Shown here: in pieces, positions 39,768 through 52,680 of the stretch | Numbering within the stretch: position 1 is the first letter of the stretch | How the letters are laid out: each line of letters starts with the position of its first letter | NCBI RefSeq assembly: GCF_006345805.1 | Contig: NC_043016.1 | Location: forward strand, 21,328,001 to 21,392,000 | Direction of reading: 5' to 3' | Origin: Octopus sinensis | Lineage: Eukaryota | Length of the DNA: 64,000 nt | Made by a program: the position numbers and the translations under genes | The notes under the pieces: model-generated | Database searches by the model: none | Seen by the model: the letters and a program-made list of their open reading frames with translations, nothing else | Told to the model about the DNA's origin: nothing

Positions 39768-40254
39768 AATACCCATTGCTGATGTAGCAACCTTCCTCAA
39801 TTATACTTTCTCCTAGAGAAGACTGTCTCGTCTATCTCGACAATCTTCCCAGGACCACCTATTACAACTGGGTTCATGAGCAAGTCATGTGCGCATACTT
39901 CTCGCACATAATTGTTATAATCCACAGCTGCACTGTGGCTCATCCCCAGTTCTTCTACACAATAACGCACTGTAGTCAGTTCCTTGACCCAAGAGTACAA
40001 TAAAAAATGACTACAATCCGCAGAGGAAGTGTGGTACCTTCTAGCCATGTCCCCTTTCGGACAGACACTCTCTCACAGCAACCTTTGCGACTACACCGCC
40101 AGCAAACATTCTTCTCTACCAATTTCTTTTTCATTAGGTGCCCTTTTCTACAATTTTTAGTATTGGGTATAATACCCTTTTCTGACAAGAAAGCTTCAAC
40201 ATCTTCCTCCGTTTTTATTGCATCAAACAACTCACCTAGACTAACCATTTTCAA
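39768..40254 (-). mobile_element. Merlin (IS1595/IS1016-like) transposase 5' half, frameshifted
   Basis: N-terminal Cys cluster (NCRKGH...WRCSRKGC..RVSVRKGTW), then GGPGKIVEIDETVFSRRKYN*GRLLHQQWVF. One frameshift in a T6 run and one TGA in place of CGA. Confidence 0.9.
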
Positions 40255-40809
40255 AAAACAAATTAATTAACAATTCAAAAAACAAAGTAAACCTAAAAGC
40301 AATCGAAAATACTTTAACAATTAAGAAAAAAAAAATGAAAGGCTAAAACCAAAGCAATCGAAAATAGTTTAACAATTAACAAACAAAATAATTTTATATA
40401 CACGCGTATCTCAAAACAAACAAAATAAACTGACAAAATAATTTTATATACACACATATCTCAAAACAAACAAAATAAACTAAAAAGCTAAAACCAAACG
40501 AATAATTTTATACACACGCTTCTGTCATAAACAGCAGTGACAAACTAAGTAGACACCGCAGGAAGTTGTTGTTGACAAACAACAGCAGTAATTGTATTCA
40601 CCTCAATAGACATCATTGATTGGTTGAAATTGCCAAAATGCCAGAAATTTAACAACAAATAGCTTACAAACTACAAAATTTTCTCAAGAAAGCCAAGAGA
40701 AAAAGATGTTTTATGTAACACATTCTACGAAGCTTATAAGTGTTTAGTTACAAATAACTATTTTTTAAATGTGCTAGTCAAAGTGAAAAGATCCCTAGAG
40801 CTGTGTGTG

Positions 40810-41600
40810 ATAGTGCAGAGTCTTACCGAAACACATATGGTCTTCCATTGCATACACTGTCTACCCAGGGCTTAACAATTATTTCCAGGACCTCAATGTA
40901 GGTGGCAGAGTTAACTCTAAGGTCTTGTGGAAAGAAGTAAGGAGGCATCACATGTCCTTCATTACTAACAACTCCTAAAACTATGACAGTTGTAGGAAAT
41001 TTTGTATGCATAACATTCGGAACTTCAGAATGGTCTGCACATAACCATCTGTCATATCTTAACTTTTTGATCTTGTTCAAAGTTTTTCTCATTTGAGAAA
41101 AACCAAATCAAATCTTGTGCTAGATTTTTCAGTTTGTTTAAGAGCCTTTTAGATCTGGTGTAGTGGTTTTCTAAATCTGATGTCTTCATGGACAACATTT
41201 CTGACTGTTCCTTCTGACATATGGAGATCTTTTGCAATTGACCTTCTGGGATTGTAATCAATGGTCTGTTGAACTTACTGGATAAATTCAGGTGTTCTGA
41301 TGATTTCAGAGCATTTAGAATGCTTTTTATGCTTTGATACTGGTGATATGTTTCCATCTTCTGTCTCTAGCTCCTTACAAACTTTGTAAATGAAAGATCT
41401 GGCAACTTTTAAAAATCAAGATATTTCTAAATCACTCTACTCAGCCTTTATAACCACAATAAGAGCATGCTTCTTCATTTCTTGAGTAAGCTGAGTGTCT
41501 ACCATTATTATTTTCTGAAACAAAGATTATACAGAGTTAGCAAAAAATGCAACAATGACTCAAAAAAGGTATGTCTTCAAATACTTTACATACCCTGTAT
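40810..41600 (-). mobile_element. Tc1/mariner (maT/DD37D-like) transposase remnant
   Basis: MHTKFPTTVIVLGVVSNEGHVMPPYFFPQDLRVNSATYIEVLEIIVKPW. Terminal TACAGGGT-like end at about 41595. Confidence 0.85.
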
Positions 41601-43559
41601 GTATAAATGTATGTATATGTTAATGCAATTGAAACAGACAAACATGTTTAAACAATCAAATGATTAAATGTTCACATAAAATTCAATGATAGATAATAAC
41701 AAAGTAAAGGTTTGGCGAAGAATATAACAAATGTACATTATTGAAAGTTCAGTCATATTGAGTTTTTATAGAATACATGAACAAGAGAGAGAAGAAGTCC
41801 CTACAGGGAAGTCAACCAAGCAGAATACTAAACTTGACCAAAGCAAAAATAGGTTCTTTATCAAAATAAAGTGACATCACAAAACCTACAACCAATCAAA
41901 ACTTGTTCCTATGTACAGGGAACCAACCAACCAACCAACCAATCAAAACACTAATAACAAAACAAAATGTATTTTTTGATCAAATACATCCACTAGAAAG
42001 AATAAGACATCATCAAAATTATAACCAATCAAAAATTACATCCTTTCGCGTAAAACCAAATATATATACACAAAATATTTGTTGATTCCCAATAAACACC
42101 ATGGAAAGTGAAGAGACCAGTGCACAATGAAAAAGAGAACATGTGCAACAACAAAATGTAAATAAAACTTCTTTTACTCTCTTACCCTTTTTCTTAACTC
42201 AGTATGAACTAACTTTCAATAATGCACATTCGTTGTATTCTTCGCTGAACATTTACTTTGAGAAGACCTGTCAAATGAAGTGAGATCGTAGTCGTGTCCG
42301 ATGCCGGTGTTTTGTAACTGGCGCCCCTGCTGGTGGCACGGAAAAAGCACCCATTACACTCTAGGAGTGGTTGACATTAGGAAGGGCATCCAGCTGTAGA
42401 GACCATACCAAATCAGAGTGGAACCTGGTGCAGCTTACCCAGCCTAACAGTTTTCGATCACACCATCAAATTTTTGCCAGCATGGAAAACAGATGTTAAA
42501 TGATGATGATGACATACATATATATTGGACCGCTGAATTCTACACATTTTTTTTCATTCTCTCTCTATTTATTTCCTCTTATTCCTTTCTGTTGAAGAAC
42601 ATAGGCTCGAAACAAAAGACTTTTCCATTTTTCTCGAGTGTCAAACTAATACACTTGCCTTCGTCTGTTATTTTTCTATAAATTTGAGCTATACATACAT
42701 CCATACATAGACACATGCATGCATACATACATACGTACGTACATACATACATGTGTATGTGTGTATATATATACATATATATATATTTACCATTTACTGT
42801 CCTAATGACCATAAGGAGAGATATAGCAGGTGCCATTTCACTCTCAATGTATTCTTGCTTAAAATAAGTTTTTTTTATTTCTTAATCAAAATATGCAAAA
42901 TAGTAATTGAATAAAATAAGAAAACTGATTCTACACTTAAATAAATTGTTTATTTTTGTAACTGTTCTGATGTGGAACACTATCTCACTTGTAATAGAAT
43001 TTAAATTGGTGACATTGATTAGTACTTTAGCATCATAATCACTTTTCAAGTGTTCATTACAAAAATTAGTTTTAAAGAAGGAATTGCTAATTAGCTATTT
43101 ACTTGTAGTAATAATACTTTCGTGTTTTATTAGAAAATTGTGCTCTGTAAGACCCAGCTTCAATTTAAAGAAGACTAGAAAGAGTAATGACATCTTTTAT
43201 TGTCAGAAACCTAAAACAGGCAAATGAAAATATACCCAGTTAGTGATAGAACAATGCTAATAATACTCACTATTATTGTTAGTAGTTGGGTGTCAATAAA
43301 ATAAAGTATCAGTCAAGTACTGGGGTTGATGAAATTGACTTGCCCTCCTCTCAAAATTTCTGACCTTTTGCCAAAATTAAAATAAATTATCATTAATGGC
43401 ATTATTTTACTGGTGTTAGCATTTTTATAATAAAAAAATGGTTTCATTCATATAATAGAAACATTTCTGAAAATGTTTTCTGTGAACTGAGACACAAAAT
43501 AATTTCTGAGTTTGCTTGCATTTAAAATTGTCATAAAGTGCTCTTTTTCTCTTGCTGAA

Positions 43560-43810
43560 TCTAGAGGAAAAGCAGTGCCCATGACCATTGCAGGCCCTCC
43601 AAGACCAATGAGTTTGACAATATTAATGTTCTGTTCAAACTGTTGAAATTTAACACCTGTGGGGAAGAAGTTCCAGAAGATTCTGGGGAAGAAATGGTTG
43701 GATATTGTGGTTAGTGTAGAGAAAGTGGCAGTTGGATGCACCAAGGGTGTTAAGAAGTGAAGTGATGAGTGGATTTTGGATGCTTTGAGGTGGAGGTACA
43801 AGACCAACCA
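43560..43810 (-). mobile_element. Possible 3' end of a non-RTE LINE
   Basis: NHFFPRIFWNFFP...FQQFEQNIN resembles the LINE ORF2 C-terminal SFFPRTxxxWNxLP motif; weak. Confidence 0.35.
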
Positions 43811-44583
43811 GCTCTAGTAAAAAAACAGAGAGAGAGGATCCTGTGAACTAGATGTTGAAGTATGTCTACTAGTGATGGAATGCTAATGAATCAAGCTGTC
43901 CTTAACATATGATGTCTGTGCATTTGCGGAAGAAAACACTCTTGATAAAGCCATTTTATAAATGCACTTCATTGGTTAGAAAACAAGAAAAAAAATTAAC
44001 TAAAATATTTTTTTATAAGAAAAATTATTTTCATCTTTTTCAAGCCTGCTACTTTACCTGTTTCACTTCAACAATTTTATTTCTAATCAGTTTAATAGTA
44101 GGAGAATAATTAAAATTGCTGAGATCAGATCGCAGGCTGCTGAACCTCAGTGAGGAAATGATAAAACACTAAGTCAATGACATACTGTATGATTTCCTGC
44201 TCGTGTCATTATGGAAAATAAGAGAAATACCTTTCAGAGATTATACTTGAAGGTCAAAAGAAGACTTGAAAAGTAAAAGTAACAGTAAAATAAAAAAATA
44301 AATAAAAAACTGGAATAGTATGATTTATGTGATAGATCGATCTCAATATTGCTAGAGGATGGTTATCAACTTTCTATGCTTAAATATACCCAGATTTTAC
44401 TAATAACTTTTATTCTGCTAGTAGTAATGCAATACCCAAGTTATTCAATGAGCAGAAACTTAAAATACGTATATAAGATATAAAATGTCAATAACCTAAC
44501 AATACCACTATCAAATTTTAAACATTGATTGTTAAGTGTACAGAATTGCTAAAGATTTTAATTTTCAAAGTCTGGCTCAGTAA

Positions 44584-44826
<243 letters not shown>

Positions 44827-44877
44827 TTTCTTTGCCTTATCATTATAAGAAAATGTGTATATTTTAAAAAAAGCTGC

Positions 44878-44883
44878 AATAAA
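44878..44883 (+). terminator. Candidate polyadenylation signal AATAAA for RWDD4
   Basis: First AATAAA, about 50 nt after the stop codon, followed by U-rich sequence. Confidence 0.5.
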
Positions 44884-45894
44884 GTTGACACATTTGTTTT
44901 AAAAAATTCATTGTTTCAGTGTTTTACAGAAAATACTTTTAAAAATGTTAACAGGAGAGTGTAAAGAGATCAATATAGTTTGGCATTATAATCATACAAT
45001 ATTTATTTTATATGTTTATTTTCTTATCCTTGCGGGATTTGACTTGTTACCAACATGTTATCTTTCTGTATATCGTTTTTGAGGCTCAGGGATTGTAGTC
45101 AGGTTTGGTATATGTAGAGATGAGGTTAACCAGAAGGAAAGGGCTGTGATGTCAATGGTTAAGGGGTCCTACCAAAGCAGGAAGCGGGAGAGATGTGAGG
45201 GAAGCAAGACCAGGGTTGTCTTTTTTTATCAGCCTGGGGCAGTTGTGGTGAGCAGAATGTATTTTATTCCCTGCATTTACAGATCCTTCATACTGTATTA
45301 TACCTTTAGGTCAATTATGACATTTTTATCATTCAGTATACCTCTTATCCAATTACATTAATGCCCCATCTTACATATTTGAAGGAAAGGGACATCTATA
45401 GGAAGTTATCAGAAATTATTAGGTTTGTACTTTAAAGAAATGTGAACATTTAAACTGTCTATTTGGAAGGACCCATTTTAAATTCTGTTGGATTTTACTC
45501 ATAAGGTATTGGAATCGTACATATATACCATTCTGCCTAAAAAATGGATCTACAACTTTAATATCCCTACATATCTCACATCTATCTTCTTTCCTCCACC
45601 TCACTCTCTATTTTGTATCCTATCTAAATTAACTATTACTTAACCATCCTCTCACACTGTCTCCGATGAAGGGATACAATTAATAAATATCCTGGAAACA
45701 GCTGTAAGACCTATCTAAAAATGTTCTAATATCTACACACTCTTGGTTTCTTTATCTCATTATGTAAAAAATTCTTATAATCTCATTATGTAAAAAATTC
45801 TTTAAATAATCAGAAAATTGAGAAAACTTGATCAACAAACTAACAAATTGAACCACATTGGTTGATTATTTTTTAAATGTTATGTCATGTTTTG

Positions 45895-46640
45895 TATTAA
45901 AAAATGATTGGCCCTCTTCTGTTGACAAATCTGGAACAGGAGAGTAGACGTTTTTTGTCCATTTTGGCAATTTCATAGCAATATGTTTCTGCAGTAATGG
46001 TTTTTCTGGGTGTTAAGAAGTTATAGTGGATGAGTCCAGCAGTACACCACCAAACAGTCACCATAACCTTCTTTTCGAAGAGGTCAGGTTTAGGGATGAT
46101 TTTGGTCCAACCACTGCGAAGAATGTTTTTAATTATTGTACAGAATCCACTTTTCATCACAAGTTAGAATACAGTTGAGAAATGGATCAGTCTGGTTACG
46201 GAGAAGCAATGAGCAAATTTCATATCTGCACATTTTCTGATTTTCATTCAAATCGTGTGCTACCCATTTGTCGAGCTTTTTTGATTTTCCGATTGCATGC
46301 AAATGGTTGCGGGCAGTTTTCTGGCCAACTTGAAGTTCTTTTGCCAGTTCTCAAGTGGTTTTATGTGGATCTTTCTCAATGACAGTCTTTGATTGACCAT
46401 CATTGATGACAGAAGTGCATCCACTATGCTCATGATCTTCAAGGCTCAGGTTTCCACTGTGAAATCATTTAAACCATTTTCAAGCTGATCACTCATTGGT
46501 TATTTCCTCACCAAACATTTTGTTGATATCGTAAGCAGTTTCAGCTGCTTTACATCCTTTTTTTGAAGTTGAATAGCAAAATTGCTCGAATATTGTGCTT
46601 TGATAGTTCCATTCCAGATGATTGTGAACAATGGTGAAAA
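45895..46640 (-). mobile_element. Mariner (DD34D-type) transposase remnant
   Basis: KKVMVTVWWCTAGLIHYNFLTPRKTITAETYC...FVNRRGPII. Confidence 0.9.
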
Positions 46641-48753
46641 AATATCAATGTTAATTTATTGGTGCATTTGGGCAAGTATATATGAGCATGATCAGAAAAT
46701 TGTAAAAAAATGTCTCAAAAAATTCAAAACTCTGCAAAAATCAGGTACAAATTCTTCATGGTTCAAAATGTTGCTTACTTTTTACTCAACCTGTACATTT
46801 TACAAAACCATTCAAGAGACATTTTCTTTGCTTGTCAGTGTATTTTTACAAAGTCTGCTCTGAGCAAAGCATTCAGTTGTACTTTGTTTACAATAATCAT
46901 ATTCTCCAAAATTTTAAATAATGTCTACAAAAGATCATTACATAGATCTTTATCAATATGAAAATATTTTGGGGTGCACACCCACGTGTGTGTGCCTAAA
47001 GGTATACATTCATCTAAAGGAGTATACAAAGAGTCAACCATGTCTATATATGCACATACCTGTATGCATGCATACACACAAGCCTATATACGCACACACG
47101 CATGCACAAAAAAGGATCATGCATATGTCTGCAGGGATACGACTGTACATAAGGAGTCGGTGACAAATGTCTCCTTTTGAGTGCCGCATGGTCGCCCCTA
47201 ATGAAATTAGAAGCCAAATACATGATGTAAAATACAGTGCCAAAAGGAATGAATGAGGACAACAAACCGTTCTACTGTTGAGAGAGAAGACTTTATTTAC
47301 AATGTGTACAGAGAGAGAGTGTGTGAGTGCTAGCGAGGTGTTGTGTATGTGCGCATGCGACAAGTGTCTGTGTTCGTGTGTGTGACAGAAAGTACAAATA
47401 ATAGTGTATGCACATAAAACAGAAATATAGTGCATAAGATAAATGTCTCAGCATATTGAGTTAAGATGGAATTAGTTTACCAGTTCATGAGGTACACGAT
47501 AGCAAGAGTTCTATAACAAGATGTTGGAGGTCATGAGGCAGATGCCAGTTGAGGCACATGTGCAGCGGTTGGGGCCTCAGTGCCATGCCGAGTCTCTTGA
47601 TACAGATACTTCTTCAGGTAGACTTTGTCTGTTTTACCAGGGTGAATATTCACAAACAGCGTGAGTTTAAACCTGTGTTGGTGGAGATGGAGACGATGAT
47701 GGTGATGACAGTGGCAGAGATGGAGAACATCCTGTCTGTCGCTGGTATATAATAGCGTCTTCATGGCTGGCTGGCTGACTGGTCGTCTGTCGCTCGAACT
47801 GGAACATGGCTGAGTAGCTCCATGGTCAGTGACTAGACCTTAGAAGGTCTAATGTTGAAAGACATAGAATAGTGAATGCTGGCCTATTTATAACCTGTGG
47901 TAGGCTCAAAATGAAGGATCAGGGAAAATGTCACGAGACCTTATTCAAAGGCCATGATTTGTTGGCTTACACACTGGTGCGAAATAAGTAGAGAGACAAA
48001 CTGCACTAGATGCCAACCAATCAGAGCAGTGGACACAATAGTGTCAAACTAGCCAAAGATGGTTGTAATCTCGAACAAGATCATTCCTAATGTGTCTCTC
48101 AAACAATGAGGATATCAGATACACTACATGTCTATACACAAGAAAAAACAGGGTTAAAAGGCAAAAATACAGGAAAATGTGTAAAAACACTGAGTAAAAC
48201 ACGTCTATATACACACATACTCACATGCAAGCTCCATTTAGCGGGCACAAATTTTTATCCCTGCATGAACAGCTGGTTTCGTATTGTGGTTTTTGTGTGC
48301 TGTGTGCGATTATATTTTTAAAATTGGTAGTTGAGCTGAAACTGATTTTTTAAAAATATAATCGCACGCAACTACCCTCTTTTTCTTTAATCATGTGAAA
48401 GTATTACCAATGGGTTAAGTAATGCGATGACAAGCATAACAAATGATATACATGGAAAATAGAATATACCTGTCCATCGGATTAAACATACAGCCACTAA
48501 CAACATACTGTATTAAAACTGAGCAAAACAGGGTTGATTTAATGAGATGCCCCATATAACATCACCTGACATGAAACGTCTGCACTGAGTGATGCACCAA
48601 TACTACTTGCATGATATCCCAGTTGCAAGGGATTGATGCAGGATTGGTCCAAATAATTGTTATGAGCGATAAAGTTTCTCATATATTCCATTTTCTGAAT
48701 CTACCATTTGTTATATATATATGTATGTATGCATGTAAAATATATATTAAAAC

Positions 48754-49430
48754 TGTCACTAAATGTGACTAGGGTGTTATAAACACCTACATTACTAGAA
48801 ATAAGAGCTAAAATACTCTAATTGTTGTAGTCAATGCACATATACACTAACAGGGACCTTAATGATTCAAAAAATACCAATTGAGAATTCTTTATACTGA
48901 CATCAGTTTCAGCAATTTCCATTGCTTCATCACTTAAGACTGGCTCGAAATTTGGCTATTTTCAGACTTGCTCCTCTATTAGCATATATGTTTTGTCATC
49001 TAAATTAATGAATGATTTAGTGATTTGTTAATGTGTGTACAAAAAATTAATATATACAGCAGTTTGCAATGTTTCACTTAAAAGGTGAATTATAATTGTC
49101 ACTAAATGTGACAAGGGTGTTAGAAACACCTATATTGATAGAAATAAGGGCTAAAATGCTCTAATGCTGTAGTCATAGATGTAAACATATACATAACAGG
49201 GACCTTAATCGTCCGAAAAATGCCAATTGAAAATTCTTAATACTGACTTTAGTTTTAGCAATTTCCGTTACCTCATCAGTTAAGATTGGCTATTTTGGGA
49301 TTTGCTTCTCTATTAGTATATGGTGCAGCCTCCTGGCTTCCCAAACCCCGGTCGAACCGTCCAACCCATGCTAGCATGGGAAATGGACGTTAAATGATGA
49401 TGATGATGTTTCTATCATCCAAATTAATAG
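48754..49430 (-). ncRNA. 343-bp tandem repeat, each unit carrying a type I hammerhead-like motif
   Basis: Units start at 48754 and 49097. Motifs at 48889-48939 and 49235-49285 on the minus strand (see findings). Confidence 0.6.
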
Positions 49431-49705
49431 ATGATGATTTAGCTATGGTGTAAATTACTATTATATCGGAATTTAATAGGAAAAAAAAAACTGGTGGTCT
49501 TGCACATATATATACTGATACACATCTCCAAAATGGAACTTAAAATTAAAAAACAAAAAAATTGTAATATATGTTGGTATATATGTATGCATGACCAACA
49601 ATCTTACTTTTCACATTAAATTCCGATATAATGGTAGTCTAAATCAGCTGAAAGGTGTTTGTAGAATATTTTACCAAAAAGGGATATCCATTTTCCTTAA
49701 AAAGG

Positions 49706-49940
49706 AAAAAAAGATACCCTTCCCCAACCCCTAAATCTAAAATAGATTGAAATGCAATAGATCGATACGAGGGCCATAATTATGGGTGACATTTTCATTT
49801 GACACCGCTAGAAAAAAATCCCATTTTCCGTAGCGATGTCGTATGAAATTGTCACCCATAATTATAACCCTAGTATCGATCTATTGCATTTCAATCTATT
49901 TTAGATTTAGGGTTAGGGGTGGGGGAAGGGTATCTTTTTT
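49706..49940. repeat. About 235-bp imperfect palindrome (MITE-like foldback)
   Basis: Arm 49706-49810 is the reverse complement of arm 49831-49940, with a 20-nt spacer. Confidence 0.85.
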
Positions 49941-50896
49941 CTTCACAAACCCAATCTGTTTCTTAAAGGAGGGACATATTCATTATGCACAGAATGTTAT
50001 TTACCTAAATGGACGTCAGCGATTGGTTAAAATTGCCGAAATGCTCGAAATTAAAGATGGAATATGTTACAACATATAGAATTTTCTCAATAAAGCCAAG
50101 AAAAAATGATGTTTTATATACATATTCTACCAGTATACGAAGTTTAAAACTTTTCAGTTACCTAGAAATTATGTTACAAAAGGCCGTTCAAAAAGATCCG
50201 AGAAAAGATGTTTTATAAACACATTCTACCAGTATACGAAGTTTAAAAGTGTTTAGTTACGTGGAAATTATTTTAAAAAACTGCCGTTCAAACCGAAAAG
50301 ATCCAAGGCACCTACGCGAAAGAGATATTGCCTAAATCTAAGAGAAGCCACACGCAAGATTTTTTTTCCAGAAGGTCATATTATAGTGTAAGAAGAGATA
50401 AACTATCTGAAAAGATGGGAGCGTCGCAGAATAACTTGCATCAAACTATACAAGATAATGTACTGGTGTTTCATTTTTCGCTTTTCTCATGTGTTACTTT
50501 CCTTTACTTGTTCAACTCGAAAAGAACCAAAACAAAAGCAGCTGTCACGGAGCTCACGAAGATATCCGAAGTAAATTGTCGAGTTGTCACGGAAACAACC
50601 GAATGTTTGTTTTGATTTGTCGAGTTAAAACGAAGGAATGCGCCCTTGTTTTTTTTACTTCTAGCATGTTCACAAGTGCTTTTAGTTATTTCTCTTAGTG
50701 TTCCCCTTTTTTTATTCTGATACTATACTTCAACCTCCCCTATTACTTTTCCAACATCTACTAATGATGTTACTTAGTTGTCTGTACTATGCAAAAAGAA
50801 TTACAAGTAAACAAACAAACAGAACAATAATATTTATTTTACAACGCAGCACACAGGAGAATTACAAAAGAGTCCTATAAAGGGGAAAAACTACCA

Positions 50897-50967
50897 ACTT
50901 CCGGGTTAACTTGCCGCCATTTCATTTTAATCATTCATCATTTTATTGATCTTTTAACAACGTAAGT
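50897..50967 (+). promoter_or_regulatory. Promoter-like ETS + YY1 cluster with a candidate non-coding first exon ending at 50961
   Basis: ACTTCCGG at 50897-50904, GCCGCCATTT at 50913-50922 and a consensus donor AAC|GTAAGT at 50962. The surrounding sequence is CpG-retaining. Confidence 0.45.
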
Positions 50968-51222
50968 ATTCGTTATATACATCCTGTTATGATGAAATGT
51001 AGTTATATCCCGTTCATTATGAGATTTTATTACAGTTTACATTTAAATTTCGTTATATATACATATATATATACACACACACGCACGCACAAACACATAT
51101 GTATACTGAATTTAATGTAAAGAACTCAAAATTACGCGCGCTGCTTTCACACTCGTACGTTAGTCCGTTTGTAAACCGAAACGTTTACACATACGTAAAA
51201 TATAGTGTGTGTACCTACATAG

Positions 51223-51278
<56 letters not shown>

Positions 51279-51788
51279 TATATATAATATATGTACGTGT
51301 ATACAAATGTATGTTTACAACACGCAAAAACAAACGCACATTTTTAGATATATAAGCTGTACACATCTTTATATATATAATATATATATGGGCGGAGGTA
51401 AAGAATACGCACACCACCCGTTTTCGCAGTAACCCTAAACCCTAGTCATAACACCTAACCTTACACACCCGGTGTGCGTAACTTTACCTTCCCCATAATA
51501 TGTATATATCTATATATATAATGTGTATATATATATATATATGTGTGTGTGTGACGCCATATATATATATGTGTGTGTGTGTGTGACGCCATATATATAT
51601 ATGCGTGTATGTGTGACGACATATATATATATATATATATTTAAATATATGTAATACAGTTGTACAAAGGTTGAATGTGGATTCGTCTTTTATGTATATA
51701 TGTGTGACGCCATATATATATATATACATAGATAGAATTTGTATATATATATATATATATATGGTATAGGTGTGTGTATGTGCCTGAC

Positions 51789-51825
<37 letters not shown>

Positions 51826-51879
51826 TATGTATATATGGTGTGTATATATGTGTGTGTATATATATTACACACATATTAT

Positions 51880-52554
51880 GGGCTAATGCAGTTTCGCCCC
51901 TCCCCTTGAAAAATGCATTTTTTGAAAAAAATGTTTTCAAATTCCAACGTTTTAGATGTCAGACATTACGAATGTGCAAAAGAAAAATATTTTAATTTTT
52001 CCCCTACTCCCTATTAAAATTTTTGATTTTGTATGCTTTAAAGAGATCGTAGCGAATTGACGAACATGTGCCATTTTATGAGAAACAAACATTAATGTTT
52101 AATAATTAATGTTATAAAGTTTAATAAGGGGCTCAAATTTCTCCCTCTCCACCAATTTTAAATTTTGAACTTTTTCATCTATTTATGTATTTATCCGTCT
52201 ATTTATCCCTGTCCGTTTTATTCATAAAATATATTTGTCAACTAAATGCGGCGGTTCTATAGGAGACTGTGTTAGCCCCTATCTCTTCATACACATATTT
52301 ATATGCTTACTGAATTTAAAATTTTGAAAGCGTGGTTTCTTGCATATTCGGAATTCTCCGTCATCGTAGGGGAAAAAATTTCGAAAAAGTTCAAAATTTT
52401 AAATAGGGTGGGAAAATTTTCTTTTTGTATATTCGTAATCTCCGACATCTAAATCAACAAAAGATTCCGGAATGGCTATCGCCGGAATCCGATAGTGTTT
52501 TTTTTCCCCCAAAAGATGCATTTTTCAAGGAAAGGTGTGAAATTGTATTAGCCC
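51880..52554. mobile_element. MITE with about 45-bp imperfect TIRs
   Basis: Left end GGGCTAATGCAGTTTCGCCCCTCCCCTTGAAAAATGCATTTTT vs right-end reverse complement GGGCTAATACAATTTCACACCTTTCCTTGAAAAATGCATCTTT. TSD not evident. Confidence 0.7.
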
Positions 52555-52555
52555 C

Positions 52556-52599
<44 letters not shown>

Positions 52600-52612
52600 G
52601 TGAATATATATA

Positions 52613-52660
<48 letters not shown>

Positions 52661-52680
52661 CACACACACACACACTCATA

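Noticed and set aside
39995-40012. Programmed -1 frameshift in the Merlin transposase
   Set aside because: The T6 run is not in X XXY YYZ register. A homopolymer deletion or sequencing error is simpler.
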